Shown here: piece by piece, positions 33,374 through 42,209 of the stretch
How the letters are laid out: each line of letters begins with the position of its first letter
Position numbering within the stretch: position 1 is the stretch's first letter
Assembly: GCA_007376135.1 (NCBI GenBank)
Contig: VMFR01000001.1
Span: 379,016-443,015 of the forward strand
DNA: 64,000 nt
Direction: 5' to 3'
Source: Parcubacteria group bacterium Gr01-1014_31
Lineage (GTDB): Bacteria; Patescibacteriota; Patescibacteriia; Buchananbacterales; GWA2-38-13
Notes under the pieces: model-generated
What the model was told of the DNA's origin: nothing
The model's database searches: none
Seen by the model: the letters and a program-made list of their open reading frames with translations, nothing else
Translations under genes and position numbers: made by a program

Positions 33374-34542
33374 AGGCGCTCCAACTGAACAACCGTTGCC
33401 TCCAGCATGGCGGGCAGCGAAAATTTCTTCAACTCCTCCTGCGCCCGCTGCGCCAACGAAGCATACGCCCGGCGGTCCTGCGCCAGCGCCGCGATGGCCT
33501 GTTTGATCTTTCCCACGTCATTATACGGGATCAGCACACCCGTTTCCCCATCCCGGATCAATTCGCGGTTACCGCCGACCGTGGTCGTGATGACCGGCAC
33601 GCCGGCGTACATTGCCTCCAGGATGATGTGCGAGAGCCCCTCGTACGCGGTATTGAGCACGAACGCGTCGGCCGCCCGCAGCCAGTCGAAAACACGGCTA
33701 CTGTTCGTTACGCCAAGGCCGACGATCCTGCGTTCGGTCAACGCCAGGTCGGGCGCGTCGGCATCCGCCATCATCGCGCGTAGTTCCTCGTCGGTGATGC
33801 CGATACACACCAGCCGGATATTCCGGCCGGCGATCAGCAATTCCGCCACGGCGCGACCGAGCGCCCCGAACCCCTTCCACGGCACGGGGCGTCCGACGCT
33901 GACCACCAGCGTGTCGTTTGCAGCAATGTTGAACTGGGCGCGCAATTGATCCTTATCGCCCGCGACGATCGGAAAACTCGGCGCATTGTACACCACGGCG
34001 ATCCTTTCGTCCGGCACGCCCCAGCCGCGCACGATCGTTTTCAAAAACACGCTGGGGGTGATGACCAGGTCGGCATGGCGGCACACCAGGCGTTCGATGA
34101 ACCGCAGAAGCGCGTATTTCCCGCGGACCGACTGACGCTGGAATTCCTCGATGAACGCGCCCGTCGCGCCGGCGCGAAACGCCTGCTCCCAGGCGTAATC
34201 ACCCGTCACCTTGACCACCAATTTCTTGCGCCGAAGTTTGGTAACCACCAGCGCCGGCAGCCCGGAGCTGACCGTCCCCTGGGCGTACACGGCGCGAAAA
34301 TGCTTCGCCTCTTTCCAGATGGTAAAAAAATACCGGCAGTAGCGGGCCAGGGGCCCGCCGCGACGCGGCACGGCAATGACCGGGTCGGGGTACTCCCCCG
34401 CCACCTGGTCGGCATAGCAGACGACCGTCACCTCCCAGCCGAGGGCAGGCAGTTCGCGCGCCAATGTCGCCGCGTACGTCGCCGGCCCGCCGATGGCCGG
34501 CGGGAAGATCTCTGCGGCGATAAGAAGCCGGTGATCGCTCAT
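33370..34542 (-). CDS. Glycosyltransferase family 4
   Basis: FPPAIGGPATY, GRPVPWKG, YEGLSHIILEA. Confidence 0.9.
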   Translation of the reverse strand: MSDHRLLIAAEIFPPAIGGPATYAATLARELPALGWEVTVVCYADQVAGEYPDPVIAVPRRGGPLARYCRYFFTIWKEAKHFRAVYAQGTVSSGLPALVVTKLRRKKLVVKVTGDYAWEQAFRAGATGAFIEEFQRQSVRGKYALLRFIERLVCRHADLVITPSVFLKTIVRGWGVPDERIAVVYNAPSFPIVAGDKDQLRAQFNIAANDTLVVSVGRPVPWKGFGALGRAVAELLIAGRNIRLVCIGITDEELRAMMADADAPDLALTERRIVGLGVTNSSRVFDWLRAADAFVLNTAYEGLSHIILEAMYAGVPVITTTVGGNRELIRDGETGVLIPYNDVGKIKQAIAALAQDRRAYASLAQRAQEELKKFSLPAMLEATVVQLERL

Positions 34543-35681
34543 GGTCGTGCAAGAGATTGAAAAATATCGCCCATCTGCCGGGCAACATGGTCCCAGTCGT
34601 AGCGGCGGGCGGTTTCGCGACCGCTGTTGATCAGCCGCTCGCGTAAAAATCGCTCGTTGATGGCGCGGGAGAGCGCCGTCGACAGCATCGCGGGGTCATC
34701 GGGCGCGACCAATAATCCGTTCCTTTCGTGCTCCATGAAATCCGGAATGCCGCCGACGGGGGTCGCGACGACCGGCAGGCCGGCAGCCATCGCCTCGACG
34801 AATACGTTGCCGAATCCCTCGGTCCGCGAAGGCCGGCAAAACACGTGCGCGACCGACAACAGCGATGGCAGCTGGTCGTGGCTGACCTGACCGGCGAACC
34901 GGACCTGCGGCGCGATCCCCAGGGTTTCGGCCTGACGGCGCAGCGTCGCTTCCATCTGACCGGTGCCAGCGACCACCAGCGTCACCATTTCCCCGCGCCC
35001 CTTGAGCTGCGCCACTGCGGCGATGAGGTCGTCAACTGCGTTCTTGGCGACCAGCCGCGAGACGGTCACCACCACCGACTCGCTGCCCGACAGTTGCAAC
35101 CGTCGCAGCCAGGCTTCCCGCTCGACATTTGGGACCGCCCGGCTGAAGTGCGCCCCATCGACGCCGTTGGGAACGACCGTTACCTGGCGCGCACCGTAGC
35201 GCTTGGCCCGGTCCGCCAGATACCGGCTGATGGCAGAAACGGCGTCCGCCCGGCGGTAGATCTGCCGGTAGCGCCGGGCCCAAAACCAGGTACGGCGCCG
35301 AATGAACGCTTCGCTGTCGCCGCTCTGTTCCGACAGCACGTACGGCACCTGCGGGAAACGCTCTTTGAATTTCAACGCCGCCCAACCGCCCCAGCTGCCC
35401 ATCATTCCCCAGCACAACAAGAACGGCGCATGGACCTGCACCTCAGCTGCCGCGGCCATTGCCAGCCAAGGGTAGCGGTACTTATCCCAACGCGTACCGC
35501 GGCCGACCCGAACCACCGTCACGGCGCCGATCTGTTCGCGCGCCGGTAGGTCCGGCCGCAGACGGGCCGTGAAGACCGTCCAGGCATACTGCGGCAAACG
35601 CCGCGCGATCTGGTCGATCGCAACCTCCGCCCCGCCGACGAACGGCGGGTACGTCAAACTGAATACGGCAACGCGGGACAT
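34539..35681 (-). CDS. Glycosyltransferase family 4
   Basis: PFVGGAE, SRLVAKN, EGFGNVFVEA. Confidence 0.9.
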   Translation of the reverse strand: MSRVAVFSLTYPPFVGGAEVAIDQIARRLPQYAWTVFTARLRPDLPAREQIGAVTVVRVGRGTRWDKYRYPWLAMAAAAEVQVHAPFLLCWGMMGSWGGWAALKFKERFPQVPYVLSEQSGDSEAFIRRRTWFWARRYRQIYRRADAVSAISRYLADRAKRYGARQVTVVPNGVDGAHFSRAVPNVEREAWLRRLQLSGSESVVVTVSRLVAKNAVDDLIAAVAQLKGRGEMVTLVVAGTGQMEATLRRQAETLGIAPQVRFAGQVSHDQLPSLLSVAHVFCRPSRTEGFGNVFVEAMAAGLPVVATPVGGIPDFMEHERNGLLVAPDDPAMLSTALSRAINERFLRERLINSGRETARRYDWDHVARQMGDIFQSLARP

Positions 35682-35738
35682 CGTTGGCGCTTAGGGCTTG
35701 GGAATAAATAACTTGCGCAAGTCGCGCCCAGCGTGCGG

Positions 35739-37022
35739 TCAGATTTCGTCGCTCCGACCGAGCGGAACCGGAAACGTAGCCGCGCTACGGTGAGGATTGC
35801 GCGACCGCCTGCACACCGCGGCGAGCTTGGACGGCGGAAGTTCCAAAAAAACGCGGTGTGGGCTCACCACGACCACGGCGTCAAAACGAAGCGCGGTCTT
35901 CCTTGGATCGGCCACGCCCGCGATCCCCGGGTGGTGGGACAGCTCCTGTTCGGTCAGCAGCGGATCGTAGGCATACACCTTGGCCTTCAGCTTGGCAAAA
36001 CCTTCGACCAACTCGAACGCCCGACTGTTGCGCGTGTCATTGACGTTCTCCTTGAAGGTCAGCCCGAGCATCAGGACCATGGCGTCGCCAATACCGCGGC
36101 CGGCGGCATGCAGCATCGTCACCACCTGGCGCACGATGAACTTGGGCATGTAGTTATTGATCTCGCGCGCGCCCAGAATGAGTTTTGGTTCCAGCCCCTT
36201 GCGCAGCGCTTCATGCACCAGATAGTACGGGTCCACCGCGATGCAGTGGCCGCCCACCAGCCCGGGCGTGAACCGCTGGAAATTCCACTTGGTCGCCGCC
36301 GCCGCGATGACGTCGCGCGTGTCCAGTCCAAGCTTGTCGAATACCAGGGCGAGCTCGTTCATCAGGGCGATGTTGACGTCGCGCTGGATATTTTCCACCA
36401 CCTTGGCTGCTTCCGCGACCTTGATTCCCGGCGCGCGGTAGACCGTGGTGATCTGGCCGTAGACGGCCGCGATCCGTTCCAACGCCGCCGCATCGCGGCC
36501 CGCGACGATCTTCACGATACGATCGATGGCATGCTCGCGGTCGCCCGGGTTGACGCGCTCGGGGGAATAGCCGAGCTGGAAATCCTTGTCCGCGGTGAAC
36601 CCCGACTCCCGTTCCAGGATCGGCAGGCAGATATCCTCCGTGCAGCCCGGGTGCACCGTGCTCTCGTAGACCACCATCGCCCCGCGCTGCAAATACTTGC
36701 CGACCATGGCCGAGGCCTGCTCGACAAAACTGAAGTCCGGCACGTTGTTGACCGTCACGGGGGTCGGCACCGCGATGATGATGAAACTGGCCTTGGCAAT
36801 AACCGCAGGGTCGGCGCTGAACTGTACCGCGCATTCCTTCAGATCGCCGACCTCGCCGGTCGGGTCAATGCCCTGGCGGAGCTTGGCGATCTTTTCCTTA
36901 TTGCTGTCATACCCGTGCACCTTGAACTTACGGGAAAGCAGGGACGCCAGCGGCAGCCCGACGTAGCCCAAACCGACCACGCACACGGTTTCCGGTCCTC
37001 GCTGCGGTGGATTTTTTGGCAT
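35739..37022 (-). CDS. Nucleotide-sugar dehydrogenase (UDP-N-acetylhexosamine 6-dehydrogenase, TviB/WbpO-like)
   Basis: GLGYVGLP, YESTV, YSPERVNPG, AEAAKVVEN, GGHCIAVDPY, GLTFKEN; atypical last ~25 aa. Confidence 0.9.
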   Translation of the reverse strand: MPKNPPQRGPETVCVVGLGYVGLPLASLLSRKFKVHGYDSNKEKIAKLRQGIDPTGEVGDLKECAVQFSADPAVIAKASFIIIAVPTPVTVNNVPDFSFVEQASAMVGKYLQRGAMVVYESTVHPGCTEDICLPILERESGFTADKDFQLGYSPERVNPGDREHAIDRIVKIVAGRDAAALERIAAVYGQITTVYRAPGIKVAEAAKVVENIQRDVNIALMNELALVFDKLGLDTRDVIAAAATKWNFQRFTPGLVGGHCIAVDPYYLVHEALRKGLEPKLILGAREINNYMPKFIVRQVVTMLHAAGRGIGDAMVLMLGLTFKENVNDTRNSRAFELVEGFAKLKAKVYAYDPLLTEQELSHHPGIAGVADPRKTALRFDAVVVVSPHRVFLELPPSKLAAVCRRSRNPHRSAATFPVPLGRSDEI

Positions 37023-37093
37023 ATACAAAAAAGGCTTTTCGGCCAAACTATACCACAAAACCGATAAGTTTTGCAAGATTAAGCCGAAATCAG

Positions 37094-37126
37094 AAAACCG
37101 CCGCCCACGGGATATGGACGGCGGCT
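37094..37126 (-). terminator. Intrinsic terminator
   Basis: minus strand gccgccgtcca..tgggcggcggtttt. Confidence 0.6.
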
Positions 37127-37144
37127 CATTCATCCTCCCACTAC

Positions 37145-39247
37145 CTATGGTGACCCAAATCCACCAAAGCCTCCGCTCGGCGGCTGAAACCCTGGTCCCA
37201 TAGTATTGCCCGGCATGCCAGTATTCCCAAACCCTTCCGTCGGAGCAAGCCCCTCGGGGGCTGCGCCGCTCCTGCTAGGACCGCGGAATGCATCGGGCAC
37301 ATCGTACTGATACGGCTTTTCATTGACCTTTATCTCCGTTTCGTACTCATGCAGACCGGTGATCTCCGCCAGAGCGTCGCGGAGTTCCTCGCGGGTCAGG
37401 TACACATCCTCCACCAGCGCCACCAGATCTTCGCCGCTCGCACCGTCTTTGAGCGCCTGCTGCACGGCCGCAATATCTTCCTTGAGCTGGGCAACGAGCG
37501 CTTTCGCCGCACTGACATCTTCGCCCTTTTTCTCGTAGCCGGTCAGCTGCCGTTCAATGGTGCGCAGTTCGCGGTTCAAAACCGTCATCCCCTGCCGGGC
37601 GTTGAGTGCGGCCTCCACCGCCGCAAGGGTATTGTGCGCCTCCTCCACTGCCGCGTGGAACTCATCCAACGAGTCTTCCGCTTTCTCCACGTCGGTCGTC
37701 GCCAGCCCCGGGAGCTGGTCGGCCAGTTGCTGGGCGGCGTTCATTTTCTCTTCCGCGGCCTTGGCCAGCGCGATAACCGAGTCGTTCTTGCTGCGCTGGG
37801 CTTTGCCGTTGACGGTCTTGAACCGCCGCTGCAGGTTCTTCATCACCGTCTTTACCCGCTTGAGCTGCTCGCAGACCATGATGCGCTGCGGTATCTCCTC
37901 ACCCGCCTGTTGCATCCGCTCGCCGGCTTCCTGCGCCGTTTCCATCGCCTCCATGACCTCGTCAAAGCTCTGCGCAGCTTTGATCTTCGGAATGGCCTGT
38001 TCCATGGCGGCAAGTGCTTCCTCCAGCCCTTCCGGGAGCGACATCTTGCAGGCCTGCAGTTTCTTAACCGCCAGCCTCATCCCTTGGCGCATGAACTTCA
38101 CCCCCTGCTGCATACCCTTGGCTCCCTGCTGCATCTGCTTAAGTTGGTCGGTCTGCATGCGCTGGAAATCCTCTTCGCTCGGTCCCTGGAATCCCGGCCC
38201 GCCGGGACCAAACCCACCGGGACCTCCCGGACCGCCCGGGAACTGTCCCGGTTGCCCCTGAAATCCGCCGGGGGCTTGCCCCGGATACTGACTGCCAGGG
38301 CTGCCGGGAGGAGTGCTGCCGCCGCAATCCTTGGGACAATTCGACTGATTTTCACCCTTCCCCTCATCGCACATCGTATCGCCGCAGATCAACACCTGGC
38401 CGCCCTGACCCAGCAAGGGTATTTGACCGCTGCGCAGCTGTAGGCAGCCGCCGTTCGGGTCACGATAGCCGTTCTCGCCGCACGCGGGGTCGGCGAACAG
38501 CGTGCCGATGCTACCCCCGGGCGGAGGTGTCTGGTACTGGCCCCCGAAGGTCGGCTGCGAATACGGACTTCCCGACGGTATCGCAGCGCCGGAAGGGTAC
38601 GGGCTACCGCCGGGCATCGGGGGTTGCGGGTACGAACCCTCGGGCGGCATCGGGTAATAGTCTGGCGGGGGCGGTGGCACGGGGTAATCACCCGGGGTCG
38701 GCGTTGGTGATGGCGTCGCCTGGCTATCCTGGGCCAGCAGCGTGCTTACGCCGCGTACCTGCCCAAGCCTGGTACCGAGCACCTGGTAATCGACGGAGGA
38801 GCGGTTCTCCTCCGACTGCTGGGCAACGGCGATCCGCAACGACTGCCCGTCCCGCGCCCACAACGCTTCCGTGTCCTGCTGCACCACCGGTTCCCAACAA
38901 TCCGCCGCCAGCTCCGCCGCATAGTAGGCCATCACCTGCTCGGCCTGGGAGCGTACGGTGTACTGGCTGAAGCCACCGCCTTGATAATTCAACCGGACCG
39001 CATCCGGCAACCGCGGTACGGCAACCCCTAGGCCGCCGACGGTCAGTCCCTGCGTTGACCTGGGTACGCACACCCGCTCGGCCACGGCTGCAGGTTCAGG
39101 ACGGAAGAACACCAGGACGAACACGCGCGGACGGCTCGCGCTGGCATGGTCGGCGGCCGTCATCCCCATGGAGATGGTGATAACCGCGAGACCAACCGCC
39201 GCAACCACCCCCATATAGGCCTTCAGCAATACGTGCGTCCCGTGCAT
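37145..39247 (-). CDS. Large exported protein with Pro/Gly-rich linker, Cys-rich motif and coiled-coil domain
   Basis: N-terminal hydrophobic segment; P/G/Q-rich region; CGDTMCDEGKGENQSNCPKDC; long helical C-terminus. Confidence 0.75.
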   Translation of the reverse strand: MHGTHVLLKAYMGVVAAVGLAVITISMGMTAADHASASRPRVFVLVFFRPEPAAVAERVCVPRSTQGLTVGGLGVAVPRLPDAVRLNYQGGGFSQYTVRSQAEQVMAYYAAELAADCWEPVVQQDTEALWARDGQSLRIAVAQQSEENRSSVDYQVLGTRLGQVRGVSTLLAQDSQATPSPTPTPGDYPVPPPPPDYYPMPPEGSYPQPPMPGGSPYPSGAAIPSGSPYSQPTFGGQYQTPPPGGSIGTLFADPACGENGYRDPNGGCLQLRSGQIPLLGQGGQVLICGDTMCDEGKGENQSNCPKDCGGSTPPGSPGSQYPGQAPGGFQGQPGQFPGGPGGPGGFGPGGPGFQGPSEEDFQRMQTDQLKQMQQGAKGMQQGVKFMRQGMRLAVKKLQACKMSLPEGLEEALAAMEQAIPKIKAAQSFDEVMEAMETAQEAGERMQQAGEEIPQRIMVCEQLKRVKTVMKNLQRRFKTVNGKAQRSKNDSVIALAKAAEEKMNAAQQLADQLPGLATTDVEKAEDSLDEFHAAVEEAHNTLAAVEAALNARQGMTVLNRELRTIERQLTGYEKKGEDVSAAKALVAQLKEDIAAVQQALKDGASGEDLVALVEDVYLTREELRDALAEITGLHEYETEIKVNEKPYQYDVPDAFRGPSRSGAAPEGLAPTEGFGNTGMPGNTMGPGFQPPSGGFGGFGSP

Positions 39248-39259
39248 AAAAAAATTGCG

Positions 39260-39291
39260 AAAAACAAAACCCCCGCCAATAGCAGGGGTCT
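39260..39291 (-). terminator. Terminator-like hairpin in the leader of the 700-aa gene
   Basis: minus strand gacccctgc-tattg-gcgggggtt followed by ttgttttt, ending about 13 nt before ATG 39247. Confidence 0.55.
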
Positions 39292-39497
39292 ATTTAAAGA
39301 CAGCGAAAGACAAGGTGTATACTGCAGCAAGGCACTGTGGATAACCACCTTGCATAAATTTAATTACAGTATAGCATTTTTTTTCACCGCATAGTAGCGA
39401 AGCTACGCGAATAATTACGCCATATTTTTCCTCTCACGGATACCGCTGCCAGCTCTTACGGTCCGGCCGCGCCCGTGCGATACTACCTCTATCGATT

Positions 39498-40649
39498 ATG
39501 CCTGCAAAGATCCTCTTCGTCGTCACCCAGTCGGAAATGGGCGGCGCTCAGCGGTATGTGCGCGACCTGGCAACTGCGCTGGGCCGCCATGACTTTATGG
39601 TCGGCGTTGCCGCAGGCGAGGGCGGCCCGTTGCTCGCCCAGCTGGCGGCAGTGAACGTCGCTACGTTCCCGCTCAAACACTTGCAGCGGCGTATCGCGCC
39701 GTTCAATGACCTCAAGGCCGTCGCGGAGCTTGCCAATCTCATCAAACGCTGGCAGCCCGACCTGGTCCACCTCAACTCATCCAAAGCGGGGGTGATCGGC
39801 GGACTGGCAGCCCGACGCTCCGGCACGCGCTGCCGGGTCGTCTATACGGCGCATGGATTCGTTTTTAATGAACCGCTCCCCGGGTGGCAACGCGTGCTCT
39901 ACCGGGTGGCGGAACGTCGCAGCGCATCGTGGAAGGATGTCATCCTGTGCGTTTCGGAAGCCGACCGGCAATCGGCCATTGCCGCCCGCATTGCTCCGCC
40001 CGGCAAGCTCGTCACCATCCACCTCGGCATTGGCGCTGCTGCCGGAGAGCGTGCACCGGCTGAAGCCCGCGATCGTTTGCGGGAACGGGGGGTCCCGCCG
40101 GAAGGCTTGCTGGTCGGCACCATCGCCCACCTCTATCCGACCAAGGGTTTGTTGGATCTCATTTCCGCTGCTGCGCAAACGGTCCGCCAAACCCCGGCAA
40201 CGTTTCTCATCATCGGCGAAGGTACACAACGCACTCTCCTGACCGAAAAGATCCGCGCCGCGGGGCTGCAACGTTCCGTGCTGCTGCTGGGAGAGATCCC
40301 CGATGCGGCTCGCCTGTTGCCGGCCATAGACGTCTACGCCAGCTCGTCGGTCAAAGAAGGATTCCCGTACGCGCTCTTGGAAGCGATGCTTGCGGCGCGA
40401 GCGATCGTGGCCACCGCGGTCGGCGGCGTGCCGGAAATGATCGGAGACAACCAGCACGGCCTGCTGGTACCCGCCGGCAACCCGGCCGCGCTCGCTGCCG
40501 TCGTCGCACGACTCTTGAGATCACCGGAAGAACGCGAACGCCTGGGCCAGGCCGCCCTGAATCGCGTCCGGCAAACCTTCACCCTGGACTCCATGGTGGA
40601 GGCGACCGTCAGCGCCTACCGCATCCTGCTGCCGCGGTCGACGCGATGA
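39498..40649 (+). CDS. Glycosyltransferase family 4
   Basis: TQSEMGGAQRY, HLNSSKAG, YTAHG, KEGFPYALLEA. Confidence 0.92.
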   Translation: MPAKILFVVTQSEMGGAQRYVRDLATALGRHDFMVGVAAGEGGPLLAQLAAVNVATFPLKHLQRRIAPFNDLKAVAELANLIKRWQPDLVHLNSSKAGVIGGLAARRSGTRCRVVYTAHGFVFNEPLPGWQRVLYRVAERRSASWKDVILCVSEADRQSAIAARIAPPGKLVTIHLGIGAAAGERAPAEARDRLRERGVPPEGLLVGTIAHLYPTKGLLDLISAAAQTVRQTPATFLIIGEGTQRTLLTEKIRAAGLQRSVLLLGEIPDAARLLPAIDVYASSSVKEGFPYALLEAMLAARAIVATAVGGVPEMIGDNQHGLLVPAGNPAALAAVVARLLRSPEERERLGQAALNRVRQTFTLDSMVEATVSAYRILLPRSTR

Positions 40650-40688
40650 ATTACCACCCCGCAAGCGGGCGGGTAGGCTGGAGGTGGG

Positions 40689-40717
40689 AAAATAAAAAAC
40701 CCGGCCGTCAGGCCGGG
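40689..40717 (-). terminator. Intrinsic terminator
   Basis: cccggcc/ggccggg stem with A-tract on plus strand (U tract on minus). Confidence 0.65.
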
Positions 40718-40728
40718 CGCGATGGTCC

Positions 40729-41451
40729 TCACTTCCCTTCCCGCCGGTAGCGCCACAATAGCCACAACGCCTGGACGCCGTCGCGCCAGGTGATCTTTTT
40801 GCCCTGAGAGAACCGCCGCGGATGGTAGCTGATGGGCACCTCCACCAAACGGAACTTGCGCTGCAGCACGCGGGCGGTGAATTCCACTTCAAAATCAAAA
40901 CGGTCGGCGTGGAGCTCCAGCCCATCCGCCAGCTCGCGCCGAAAAGCCTTAAAACCCGTCTCCACGTCGTGCACGCGGCGATAGAACAGCAGGCTGCACC
41001 ACCAGGAAATGAAAAAATTGCCGAACCAATACCGCCAGTAGCCGACGGGGTTGCCGTCGTGCATGCGATTGCCGTAAACTACGTCGGCGTAGCCCTCACG
41101 CAGCGGCGCAATCAACTGGTCGTGCTCCTGCGGGTCATACTCGGCGTCCGCGTCCTGGATAACGAGGTACTGCCCGCGGGCGGCCGCAATTCCCGTGCGC
41201 AACGCCGCACCCTTGCCGCGGTTCTTCTCATGAACGTACAGCCGCAGTATACCGCGCGACGCCGACTCTTGCAGCACCGCGCGACTGCCGTCCGTTGAAC
41301 CATCGTCCACGGCAACGAGCTCGAACGCGGGCCCATGCCGGTAGGCGCGCTGCAACGCCTCGATGGTCGCGCCCACGGTTGCCGCCTCGTTATAGACGGG
41401 CATGACCACGGTGACGACCGGAGCGACGGGTAACGGAGATTTCTGCTGCAT
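40729..41451 (-). CDS. Glycosyltransferase family 2 (DPM-like)
   Basis: MPVYNEA, NRGKGAAL, QDADAEYDP, DVETGFK, GKKITWRDG. Confidence 0.92.
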   Translation of the reverse strand: MQQKSPLPVAPVVTVVMPVYNEAATVGATIEALQRAYRHGPAFELVAVDDGSTDGSRAVLQESASRGILRLYVHEKNRGKGAALRTGIAAARGQYLVIQDADAEYDPQEHDQLIAPLREGYADVVYGNRMHDGNPVGYWRYWFGNFFISWWCSLLFYRRVHDVETGFKAFRRELADGLELHADRFDFEVEFTARVLQRKFRLVEVPISYHPRRFSQGKKITWRDGVQALWLLWRYRREGK

Positions 41452-41465
41452 GCGGTCACGAACAA

Positions 41466-42209
41466 CTAGCGGCTGTCACGGTACTGGCGGTATTCTTGCT
41501 GCACGGCAGCATCGTTGGGGGTGAGGCGCAAGGCCTGTTGGTAGTACGCCAAGGCCTTGGCGCGCTCCCCGATCTGGGCGGCGTGGCGCGCGGCGCGTAA
41601 TGGCAGTTCTACCCGCGCGGGGTTCGCAGCGATCCCTTCGTCAATGACGGCGAACGCCTTGTCCTGGTCGTTGATCTTGTACCGGTAGAGGTCGAACAGG
41701 TTGGCCCAGAAAAAGGTGTTGCGGTCCTCACCGGCGGAATTGCTGATGGCCTGACGGTAGGCGGCCTCCGCCTGCACCGGGTCATAGAGAAAATTCGTGT
41801 ACAGGTCGCCCAGATTATTGAAGGACAAGCTGTTGGCCGGCCGTATTTGGCCGGCGTAATCCCACACCTCGGCCGCGCCCTCGAAATCGCCCATCGCCTT
41901 TTTGATGCCGCCGATGGTTATCCAGCCGTCGAAAAAATCCGGGTCCTCCCGCAACATTTTGACGGCCGAATCGAACACCCCCCGCTCGCGCTCCACCACA
42001 ATTGGGTCGATGTTCTTACTAACCACCTTGAAGGTGAAATAGCGTTCCAAGCCGGTGGGGGTCGGCGTCGCGGTGGGCACGGGCCCGCCACCAGACAGCG
42101 AGAACCGCAGCACAAACACCAGCACGATGAGGCCGATGCCGATACCGACGGCGACCAGCTTGCCGTTGCCGCGGGAAGCGTTGGGAACGGACGTTTCGTT
42201 GTTCGTCAT
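41466..42209 (-). CDS. Membrane-anchored tetratricopeptide-repeat protein
   Basis: N-terminal TM, PTATPTPT linker, NNLGDLY and ALAYYQQAL TPR-like helices. Confidence 0.8.
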   Translation of the reverse strand: MTNNETSVPNASRGNGKLVAVGIGIGLIVLVFVLRFSLSGGGPVPTATPTPTGLERYFTFKVVSKNIDPIVVERERGVFDSAVKMLREDPDFFDGWITIGGIKKAMGDFEGAAEVWDYAGQIRPANSLSFNNLGDLYTNFLYDPVQAEAAYRQAISNSAGEDRNTFFWANLFDLYRYKINDQDKAFAVIDEGIAANPARVELPLRAARHAAQIGERAKALAYYQQALRLTPNDAAVQQEYRQYRDSR

